The notes under the pieces were generated by a model that worked only from the letters and a program-made list of their open reading frames with translations, had not been told where the DNA came from and made no database searches. Positions 14,178 through 26,000 of a stretch of 64,000 nt of DNA are shown here, piece by piece (position 1 is the first letter of the stretch; each line of letters begins with the position of its first letter). The position numbers and the translations under genes are program-made. Origin of the DNA: Laetmonice hystrix. Taxonomy: Eukaryota. The DNA lies in the NCBI GenBank assembly GCA_965235115.1, contig OZ249437.1, forward strand, positions 6,448,001 to 6,512,000, in the 5' to 3' direction.

Positions 14178-17100
14178 ACTCGTTATACAAGTAGCAGTGA
14201 GTGAATAGTCGACCCATGGATGCAGGTCATGTCCGACTCCAGCAACCGGAGAGAAAGCAAACTCTATATAGTCCGATCGGCCATATGGGAATGGAAGGTA
14301 AATGGGAAAATTGGAATGGACAATTCCATGGTATATGAATTATTATCAATGATGACATGAGGACGATCTAGGCATCGCTGGGTTCACGTATTTCTGCGAA
14401 TGTACCTAGATTAGGAGCTTCATACGTCATAACCTACCTTAATCTGACAACGTAGATATCTTTTCATTTCAATGACAAAAACTAAGTTAGTATCTCTATA
14501 ACTCCATCTCCATCCGGTTAACTGTATTTGTTACAGAAAATGTCGCATGTCAGCCACTTAAACCTGTAAACACATTTTAAACGTCTTCCTTTTTTTACAG
14601 ATGAGTTTTATAGAGGATGTTTTTGTTACCTATCTACAGTCCTACAATACTAGTCTTGTTACATGTAGTGTCAGTGAAAGTAGATACACTTAATAATTGA
14701 CAGTTAAGACGTCGCATTTAGAATTGACTATTACGGCCTACATTTACGTTATTTCGAATAATTGAACAGATTATTGGACGGGACGACTACGATAAAATTA
14801 CATAGGTTAAATCTTATGACAGAACTGCTTCATGCTTCATTGTACATTCGCATCGAGCAACATTTAATGATGACGTCATACACAGAACCACAAATACCAC
14901 CCTTCGGATACATAATATTCACGGCCGACCCGTTGATGTGATAACCTTTCTTTTGACATTATAACAAGGTCATCTACGAAATTACATTTCCATAGGTTGT
15001 CTTTTAAGACCATTTTCTGTACCAATAGTAATTCAAATGCATGGCAAAGAATTTTGTCGTTAGAACCTTCGGCAGAGGTGTGGAGTAGTCATTTCCAGAG
15101 GAAAAACACTGGTCACTCTGACTAACATCAGGTACTTTCCCACCATTTCGTCCGGCAGTCGCTTTGTACTCTACTGCCAAGATACACCTTTTTTCCGCAG
15201 CAAACAAGTGCAGAGACGACTCACTGTGGAAGTGAATTTGGCTGAAATCGAACCGTGCCAAAACGCAGTGACATTAGTAGCAATGCCTCCCCATTTCCCC
15301 GTCCTAAAAGGCCTAATTGCGTTGCTGGCCCACATCAATTGCAACAAACATGGCATCGTTCTCACCATTCATGCAGCCTCATAGAAAACCCCATGGACCA
15401 ACCCCATCTTTTCAGTTGAAATTATTAACAGAAGTCTGGTTCTGAAAGACCACATAGCTTTAAGGGGGTGGGAAGATTATATCTATCAAACAAGTCAGAA
15501 AATACAAGCAATGTTTCCCTCGTGCTCCTCTCATGTCCTGAATACGCTGACATCTATACATTGTATTTGGCGAGGTACTTGCTGAGAGAAGAAAAGGACT
15601 ATTGCATAGCCAGCACATTGAATGTTACCTTTACTGCTACCGCTATAGGTGTGTTGGTTTACATTCAGTTATTCAGAAAAAAGGACTTATTACATAGCCA
15701 GCTACAAGAGACAAGTTTTACTCCAAGTGATAACTGCATCTAGAGATAACATGTTTTTTGTTGTTGTTGAAGTTTACTTATGTCTTCATTTATTCTTATG
15801 TTTTTCTAAAACGAAAACGGCGCCTTAAAATCACAGCCATGCTTATTCTCTGGAAGTTAGTTGCTGCCAATGTTTCGTCTTTCTGTGCAGAATTCTGCGA
15901 TCACCTGCTCACCATGGCAGATTGCAAGGATAACACAATAAACCTGTCCTTGTAGCTTATCTCAGCCGTACAGTATCAAACCTTTATGCAATAAGAGTGC
16001 GGATGTGACGTAATTATTGAGGAGCCTCTCCGGCAGCTCAAGTAGAAGAACGTTAGCAACAAGACGTGATGTATGTGTTCTTCAAATGGGATGGCTTTCT
16101 ATACCTGTGTAGGCAAGTTCGCGTCTAATGTGGACAAATGTGATTTGGATTGATCGCGTTGTGTGGGGCAAAGTGGGCGCCCAATGCGGGGCTGCTCGGC
16201 GGCCGGCGCGCCCGTGACTGGTTGAATACAAACACGAGAAAACTGCAGTTTATCACGCCTCTCCTGCTGAGAGCCGTGTTTGTCTGGAATGGCAGATTGC
16301 ATGGTCCCGCGGTCTGATATGGCAAGGGTATTCTGTTTGGAGCGGTTAGAAAGCTATTTGTATGCGGAAACCACAGGGGAAGGAATGATTATTGTAGCAG
16401 GTGGTGGTCTTGTGGGATCGACGTAGGGGGCCAAATACTTGTTACGCTGATTTACCTTGCGCCAAGGCGAAGTCCTTCATGCTGTGCTGCTGCTGCTTCA
16501 CACAATAAACAGTTCATGTGAAATGGAAGTAGTGTACAGAAATGCTGGAAAGTCAAGATAGTTCTTAATTCGAACATGGGGTATGCTTGGCAACGAGGAG
16601 CGTCAACCGAGGCTTTCTATGTACATGTTGTGTGATAAGTCTGAACAAAATTTCTATCTCATCAGATTTCGTGTAGTGCTCAAATAACTTATTTATGTCA
16701 GTAGTAGATGAGCTAAAGGTTATATCGATTTTACATCGTGCCAAATTTTAACTCTTCAGTCACATTTATAAAGGTCATCACATCACGAAAAACCATTAAG
16801 GCGTTCCACTTTCTCAGCTGGCACGAAATCTGCCACATTATAAGTTTTGGCCGGATAACACCCCGTGCTGTGTCATTGAAGGGCAGACAGCGCCGACCAT
16901 CCGGGTCTCGCCAAGAGCAGAACACGTGATTACCCTGACAGCCAATGAATTTCATTTGTCCGAAGACTGGTGATCCGTGAAATTAGAGCGAGGAGTCCAC
17001 ATTGATAACCACCACCGCCTATAACCCTGGGATGGGGTGGGGTAATATTGGAGATGATCGTCCGAATAATGCAAAACGTACGCAATCACTTGGCCTGTTT

Positions 17101-18454
17101 GAATGTAGCAACTCTTTTTGTGGGGTAAAAAAGACCTGGCGCCATGCCGGATTCTTTATGGCACGGTCAAGCTGGCCTGAGTCGATAGCAGTGGCGACGC
17201 CAACAAGGCGTTAATTGTTCAATATATCGGCTGCATCAATATCCGTTTAGTTGAGAATATAGTATGCTTTAAAAAGACCTATAATTATATTGTCTTCATT
17301 GAAGTTCAGCAATGCCGCAAAAACAATCTTACTTACGGCGCTGTAAAATCATGGAGAGGCCCCAAGAGAGATTGGGGGGGGGGGGGCGATCAATCGTGCC
17401 GTCAACCCTTGGGAACGATTTCCTGAAATGTGTCGACTAGCAAATCACTTCCATTTTAATCTCTGCGTAATAGACGGGCGCCTGGGTGAATGTTTGTAGT
17501 AGATTATACGGGAGGATGGCAGGATGTTAGTATTAGCGCAGTGCTCTTTTTGGTGTATACATGTACTATAATATAGCTAGCGCTGTTTTTTTTGTATTGT
17601 ATAATTATAATAGCTAGCGCTGTTTTTTTTTTTGTATTGTATAATTATAATAGGTAGCGATGTTTTTGGTGTTAACGCGCAGTGCTGTTTTTGGTTCGCT
17701 TTGTGCGAAGTGTTGAATTATTTGCCGAGGGTAAGAAACATACCCCCCTCACCCCCTTCATCCCCTTCCCCCGCCCCCCCCCCCCACCACAATCCTTCCT
17801 CCTCCCTGCCACCGGGGCCATGCTGAGGGTCACATTTAAGCAGACCAAACTAGGGGACTGGCAACCTCCAGTGAATCAATAATGGCGGGTAGTTTTTGCA
17901 CGAGGTCGAAGTGAGGATGTCGTGGTCACGACTCCATGCTTGCCCGTGTCTGTGGGAACACATTGAACGAGGAGAAACATCGACCGACGTCAGTCGAGAT
18001 GAACGTCAGTCTCTCGCTAGGCGTCGCTAGTTATTTGCTCCCGTACGAAAGTCGTCGAAGGTGATAGGTCCAAAGATTGTTTCCCCCCAACGAATCCAGC
18101 ACGCGTAAGCCAGTGAATCAATGGTTTCCAGCACGGCCAATGTAGGGGTCTGGATTTAGCGGACGTCGGCTAAGCCTTAGAAAGATGATCCAGGCTGATC
18201 TAAGTAACCTCTCACGCAATTCATCTTGGGGTTTACGAGTGTGGAACCGTTAGGTAGAGATTACTACTGGCGTTGCATGCTCAGAACATATTTCATAAAG
18301 CTCTTTTCATCTCGCTTGTTGCAAGCATGGAGGGAATACGCCATACTCCAGTCAAAGGGGGCGGGACCGTGTCTCAGTGTCTCTAAGGAGACCTTTTAGA
18401 TAAGAAACACGTTGCATATACTAGCAGGATTGCGGTAGGAGTAATGTGAGTTGG

Positions 18455-18522
18455 GGTGGTAGTGGTAGTGGTGGTGGTGGTGGGTGGTGATGGTGGTGGC
18501 GGTGGTGGTGTGGGGGGTGGTG
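18455..18522. repeat. (GGT)n microsatellite
   Basis: Imperfect GGT/GTA run. Confidence 0.9.
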
Positions 18523-19741
18523 AGATCCCTTGACCTGATTGTGTCATATATCGTTCATCCGTTTGTTACGTTCAAACCTAAACTACAAGTAGGATTGATG
18601 TTTTTCTTACTTTGTTACAGCCGAGAGGTAGAATCTAATCATGACATCTCAGTCACTGTGGGAGTCATATATTTTGTGAATAACTCCTAGCGTTGAAGGG
18701 AAACAGCGCCTTGTGTATAGTCCCATTATAATGATAGACGTATATTATACTAGTATGTTAGTTCAGGCACACGTTACCATAGATTATGTTTCTATACGAC
18801 GTAAGTCCATATGTATGACGGTGGCACTGTAATAAACGGGAAAGATAAAGCTATACTTGGACGGCAAGGTTGTCAGAGATGACATAGAGTATTTTTACCG
18901 CCAAGGGTAACGTTAGGAGTTCCACGTGCCAAGGTCAACGCGAACCAGGCCATCACGTGCGCGGAGGTGTATAAAAGGTAGCATACCCTTCGGGAGCATG
19001 GACGAGTCGCGCATCGCACTTTAACACATACGTAGGCCTATTACCAGCTGTGTGCATTGGAATATTTGCAGTTCAAATGTGTGCACGCATTATACATAGT
19101 GTCTACACTATTTTATTGATTTAATATTTCAAAGAAGTGGGTTGGAGGGAGAATATTTTAAAAAACTACATTGATGGGCCTCACTTTAAAACCGGATATT
19201 GTTTGTTGAAGTAAAAGCTCCCGTTCCCTTTCCAGAATGATATTACAGATATCAGAGACGGGATATGTTTCAGGGCAGTCGACATGAAAACAATGGCGAT
19301 GACATTACCATGACTGACTTCTGTGTAATTAAATATTGGCGAGGAGTCTTGTATCATTACATTATTTATTTCGTTTTAGTCACAACTCTTTTAAAAGGGA
19401 TAACATTTCATACGTACACACCCCCACTCACCCACTCACCCACCAGCCACGGAAATTAGTTTGAATCACATGCCTCCCCGGCATCCCGCCTTACCAGGAA
19501 CTTTAATGCCATCCCCAAGTCGTTTCGGAACTTTATTCTAATCGATTGAGTTAAGACACACACACGTCACCTCAAAGTTATTCTCCACATGCAGAAATGC
19601 AGACTTTTCGGTGGACACATCCTCCAGTATCAGCAGAAATCCTGACTCCCAGCACCGTTTGACCTCTCGATAGACGCCTACATGCAGTACTTATTCCAAT
19701 GCCTGACAAGAAACTCCAACTTGTGTTTTCATTTTCTTCAG

Positions 19742-20023
19742 ATGTGCGGGAGTACTGCGCGTGGGACACGTTCGAAGCGACGTGTGGGCCTAACGAGGTG
19801 ATAATGATGAAAACTGCGCGTTATGGTCGCATGAGACTGGGACGGTGTGTGAAGAAAAACTTCGGCTATGGGGGCTGCGCGGCAGACGTGCTCACATACA
19901 TGGATCGTCTGTGTTCGGGAAAGAGGACGTGCACTTTGACGGTTCCAGACGCGACAATGCGCAACATGAAGCCATGCTCGGAACTGGAGGCCTACCTGGA
20001 GGCAAGCTACGAATGTGTCAAAG
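19742..20023 (+). CDS. Exon encoding a SUEL / galactose-rhamnose-binding lectin-type domain
   Basis: Translates DVREYCAWDTFEATCGPNEVIMMKTARYGRMRLGRC...C...CSGKRTC...KPCSELEAYLEASYECVK, matching the SUEL Cys spacing with A-x-YGR and YL-x-x-x-Y-x-C motifs. Acceptor ttttcattttcttcag, donor g|gtaggt; 282 nt, phase 1-1. Confidence 0.9.
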
Positions 20024-23000
20024 GTAGGTCAGAACTAATGGAAGCATTTCCAGGCAAATCATCCATGCGGGTTATAGATCGGGATTTATCGTCCAGGGTG
20101 ACGGGAAGAGGTAATAAAAGTTGATTCGATCCATGGCCTCATGAATACTGCATTGCCGGTTATTACAGGTCGGCGTAGTCGATGGCCAAACCCTAGAAAA
20201 TAATGAAAAAAATGTATGAACACAACATGATGAACTGAAACGAACACGTGCAAGCAGCATTCGTCATCTGCCTGTGTTATTTATAGTCGCCAAACACACC
20301 CCTTGTCTACGACTTAATGCGGCACTGCTCTGTGTGAAATCTCTTTGATAAAACAACAAAGCCCTTTGTGGATTTAAACCGCCACAGGCCTAGTTTGTAA
20401 TTATTCAAAGGAACACTTGGCAAAAATGAGAGGAAATTGTTGATGACGATGATGCAATGACACATGTTGTTGGATGGAAGTTGACTCAGACTCGGCGGTA
20501 AAGGTCAGTGGAAATGATCGCAGACGATGATTTTGTAGAGATTTTTATTTTATTGTTGATGTCTCTGGTACATGGTGGATTATTTCCCGGTTTTAATCGC
20601 TGACCAGCCAGAGCCCATGGGATCTCGATTACGATGATGTGAGCTCGACGCCTTCACGTTTCCTTTGTTTTTGACATCAATTGAGAAAGGAATGCGATCG
20701 CTCCGTGCCTCAATGACCAAGTAATTATGTCGGTTTCGGTGCCAAAGGTTCGAGCCGCAACTAAGAACGGAAGTGAAACATTAAACCGAACTAAATATAA
20801 CTACGAGACATTTCCAGCAATAGAATGGAATAATAGCGGAGCTTGATGGCAATGAATTCGGTGTTTAGTTCCAATCCATTATAGTGATTGCTAGTCGAAA
20901 AAGAGATCGATGCAGAATCTGAAATATCCATTTGGAGAAACATAACAACAGAAAAACTGACTTTATCTCTAAATTCGCAGTTTGTTATGAGCAGAGGAGG
21001 GGAAAATAGTCTGACGGTGAAACAATAAAGCAGCAAAAAGTGTGTTTAAGTGATGCTCAATCTCCTAAAATATCTCCATGAGGCACAGGAAGGCACTGAT
21101 TGTCGACGTTTGTTAGTCGGGGATGGCAAGATAAAGAAAGAATACATTAACTATTGATAGTCTCTGAACTTCAAGACGTATTCTACGCTCAAACATTCTT
21201 TAAATCCGCGCAATATGAACTTCTGACATAATGACCCTAGTTTGCCTGCCATATCAATCCAATGCAATTTGTCGACGGAATTCTTGCCGGCATTGTGAGC
21301 ACTGATGTTTCCGTCTAGATAGGCCAAAATCCATAAATAATGGTGACTGACTCATTATCTAAAATTGATCTCTTTGCCGTGCTGGGAGGCCACGGCCACA
21401 CACATCGACCGACATTATCGCAAAGGTCGATGATTGTGGTTCGATATTTATGTGACATGACCACTTGGCCATATGACTCGAAGCTGTCATGGCTCTTTGT
21501 GCAAATTATGGCAGACAACATGGGCTGACTGAGGGGGTAAGTCCTGGAAAGCCAATACAGTGAAGGGTGGACATAACGCCCCGGTGAGCATTAGGGCTGT
21601 TGGTCATTACGTATTGACTTTGTCTGCCCATGACGGGCCAATATGACAGCCCAATGACAAGCGGGCTTAGAATAATATATACTTTCAATCGCTCGCCCTG
21701 CCGGCCTGGGAAACTTCTAGTGACATTAATGGCTTATTGCGGTTGCACACGGTTGGGGAGTGCATATTATTGTATTCTGTCGGAAGCAATACCTCGAGGA
21801 ACCCATGTCAAATAATGCATTCCCTCTTGCGATTATCTGTGAAGGGATTCAATACACGAAACGGTCTGACGCGAGGAATTACAACAACAGAGACTTTCAC
21901 AGACTTGATCTGGGCTTCTACAGAATACATTTTATATAACAGACATACGTGCGCAAAACATTTGTTTTACGTAATGATTTGTGTTCACATGGATCCTGTG
22001 AAGTATAACTTTTCTGTTCAGTAACAATTATAATGGTGTCCACAGACTACACGTGTGTTACAGACAAACAGATAATTGTTTGAATTACAATACACTTTAT
22101 CGGTGCAAGCATATTCCTGACATCCTGCGTTATTCTCAGTCCGGGAATACATTTCTCCAAGGAACTCTACTGCAACGGGTACTCCGTCGGGAAATGAAGT
22201 AGCAGGCCAGCAAGGACCAGTCCCACCCATTACGTAAGGTTTAATGGATTAACTGACATGACGAAATCAACTGTCTTTGACCCTCACTGATATCAATATA
22301 CCTCCCAATCGAAATGCTTTCTGGAAAAAAGGGGCATCACCAACATTCCTTCAGATGGGAAGTGTTTCAGTCGAGTTCAGCAGCACTTGGTAAACAAAGA
22401 TTATTGGCGTAACACGCAATATATCAGGATTTGGTGTCTTCTGCTCGTTTTCATAAACCAATACTTGCCGGCCTCAGCGCATCTCGCTCTAATCTCTCTC
22501 CATTTAAAAGATATACGACGATTGACTACTTTGTCACTGGTTGGCTCGTCGAGACGTCAGGATGGATCATTATGGGATAACGGGCATCGCTTGGAGGAGA
22601 AGTGGGTGATCTCGTTGGCCTCATGATGCTGCATCCCGATGGTTTTATTTATTACGAGCCAAGTAGACCCTTTACGGGGCCGGGTTCACGTCAGCCAGCC
22701 TCCCTGACAATTAGTAACCGGGGACGGGTCGACCACTCAGCTCCGCTCTCTCCGTCCAGTGTCATTATCGATCGACTGTCGTTAGACATATGCCATTAGG
22801 CCTGCCATCCTTTCGGAGATCTATGATGTAATTCCCAGGCTTTGCCGTCAGCGTCGACAGCCGGGGTCTCAAGCTGAACTTCGCCAAGCTAACGGAAGCT
22901 CCAGGAGCAAATCCTCGCTGAATACTGTAAGAGGAAATCCTCCTATGGCCTCGTCGCCTTCTCCCTCCTTCTATATACGTTTTTTGTTCGGGAGTATGTG

Positions 23001-26000
23001 AGGGCTATAGAAAAAGGTCCTGTGAAGATGAGGTCCCTGTGGTGCGAGTCTAAGCCGAACTGCTATAGCCGACAAATATCCTTGTCCTTGTCACATCCGT
23101 CTCTAGAGGTCCTTCTGTGCCGATTCTAGGAAGGAGTATGTGCATGGCTCAGTCCCGCCTGTCTGAGTTTAGCTCTTTGGCCACCGTATTAGAACCTCAT
23201 TCAAACGGCTTAGCATTAACATGTGACGAACACTGGGGTCCAGACTGAGTTTTCTTCTTTTAAACATTGCAAGGATTTGGCTTAAAATTCCAAACAGCAT
23301 ACTGTGTTACTTCGTATTCCACAGACTAATCGTTCCGGTATATGGGGTCTATGCGGAAAAAAGGTTATCCATTACCTCTGTGTCGATAAAATTTGGTAGA
23401 GGCACAGTCAAGTTTGTATATACGCGGTCCATAAATAACCGGAGGGGGGGGGGTGACCGGGGGGAGGAGCCCCCTGTGTTATTGTTAACGCATGCAGGTC
23501 GGTTTCGATCATTCCTGCCCGAGTGTAGATCAATACAGTTACATGCCCCATCTGACGAAAACCAGCCTTGTTCCCATTGACGTTTATGGTGCACCTGGCG
23601 ACTGCGGTCGATGTTGATCTACTCCCGGAGGAAATGCTGCAGCCAAATTGCCGGGTCACCGACGGATGGCGGGGTAGACCTTCGAGCTTGTGGGAGAAAG
23701 CCTACAAACAACATTAGCATGCATACATTCAGCCCGTATAGCGATGTGGTCTGTGAATTCAGCTGTATTCACAGTCAAGGATGGGGTTTTATCTTTTATA
23801 TTCTCTGTCGCACGTTGCTGATGGGTTTATACCCATGGGGGCCGGCGGTGGATGGGATCTTGGGAAGGGGGAGGGGGGCCATGGCTATTGTCCTGACCGG
23901 TGCGGTCCGAGTTACGCTCGTTTATCTTCGGGCCAGTAGATCCCCTGTGGCGTACAACAATGCCTTGTGAATCCCACGGCCTTGATTCGCATAGGACTGT
24001 GACAATTCTTTCTGAATGTTAAACTAGAAAGGCATGGAATATTCACTGTGTTATCATTTCACTGCAAACCGTTGTGCTAGGCATAATCCGACACATCAAT
24101 TGGAAGGCAATATGAATTTTGCATGAACCCTGGAATACTGTGGTCCGGACTGAAAGTCTGACAGTTGTAACGCTCTGTAATACAGCGTATGTAAACTGCG
24201 CATGCGCCCACGTCACGGGTGTCACGTCAGACGCTGGCGTTGAGGAGTTACGTCACGCCCGTCCTGGAGCTGTACCGTCGGGCAGACGAGACGGTCCCAC
24301 GTTTACTGCCTCGAGTCTGGACACTCGTATGTCATGATTTGGTCGGAAGGCGCGCCTAACATGAGACGCAGCCATTGAAGCAGGAAGATACGCAGGCAAT
24401 CCTGGAACTTATTGGATGGTATCTGCGTGACCTATTTGATTCGAAACGGTTGCCATGAAAACGGTTACATGATGTATAAAATGCGCCTGGCATCTGTGCT
24501 GTGAGGTTGTTGAAATTGATCTATTCTATTGTATATCTATAGGGAACGTATCTTACACTGTATTCGTTACTATCATAGATTTCTAAATATCAAACGAATG
24601 AGAATATATTGTCTCCTAAAACAGGAATAGAGAGTGAAGAGAGGGGAAGCAGCAGTGATCGTCTCAATAATGAAAAAGATTTTGACAGCAGGTGCATTAC
24701 GGATTGCATAAATACAACGAAAAGCACTATCACTTTGTTGTGGATGGTTCGCAAGGATCTGTTTCAATTTAAATCAAAGTCATAATACAGCATCTCAGCT
24801 TTATATGTAATCACTTCAGTGAATTCCTTCGACATAATGTGACATGTTGTATTTTATTTTAGCCCTTTGGTATTTGCCAGATATTCAAACATTCCCTAGT
24901 AGTGTCTTGTCCCTCTAGAGACAAAAACGTCTAACGTGTCAGCCAGATTAGTTATTTCTGGCAGCACCACGAGGTCAAATCGTGTAAATATTAACACATA
25001 CTCAATATTATGGGTAAACCGGCTTCAGTTATCTTGGTATATTCCACCGGTTATAATTATATCATCGGTAATTTATATCTCCAAGACGAAACGGATGACA
25101 GGGGTTAGTTGGTTGGCTATGTAAACCCTTGATTGCCTCACAAGAAAAGACAAGATTCCTCACTGGATCTTAAAATAAAATCAATACGACTACATATCAA
25201 AATTATTTCTCATCTTTGGCTTCGCTCTTTGTCACCGACTCCAATCGATTCTGCGCACTTCGGAAATAACTCTCCTAAGTCCAAACTCCCGGGATGGATA
25301 AGTTCGATGTTTTAAGGTCTTCTTGCGCCATCAGCACACCTATATATAACGCACAGATGTTTTAAACATATATGTTGCTGTATATACAGTGTCCTTATCA
25401 TTGTGGTTATGATGTGTTGACAGTTGCCAGCGGGTCGGAGAGGGCCTGTCAGTCTGCCCGCCAACTCACCCTCACCGCGCCATCGGGCCAGATCCCCAGC
25501 GTGGCCGCTGATGAGAAAGGATTCGGCACGCGGTCCTGCCCGTGGGTCATCAGGGCTAAACCCGGGCAGCGACTTAATATAACTCTTCTAGACTTCGGCC
25601 TACCCATGCGTACGTCAGCTAACGAGGGTTCCCGATTCATGTCGTCGCTGGTCTGTCAGAGATATGCTGTACTTAAGGAGGCGCATTCCAAATCGTCGAC
25701 GGTATGCGGTGGTGAAGCTCGAACTAAGAATGTCTACGTGAGCGACACAAATCAGGTCCATGTACAGGTCATCCCCAGCCGAGCACCACGTGATACAACC
25801 GAGTTCCTACTCGCGTATACAGGTAAGCGGCATTCTTCTTCAAATGTTCTCCACCAAATATAGGTTCAGCCATAAGAGTTGCGAAGAATCACAAGAGAAA
25901 CACTAACTTTTAAATGTCATTTAGCAGTTTAAATGTGGCCTGAAAACGTATTCCCATATGTATGGTAAGCGACTTTAGTTATATTGTTTTATGTGAACAG

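Noticed and set aside
8430-19459. Candidate 5' exons for the receptor (8430-8460, 8669-8699, 13605-13683, 16290-16401, hydrophobic ORF 19265-19459)
   Set aside because: The first four end at phase-1 GT donors but lack a convincing signal peptide; the last is hydrophobic but has no phase-1 donor after the core. The true first exon is unresolved and may lie outside the window.
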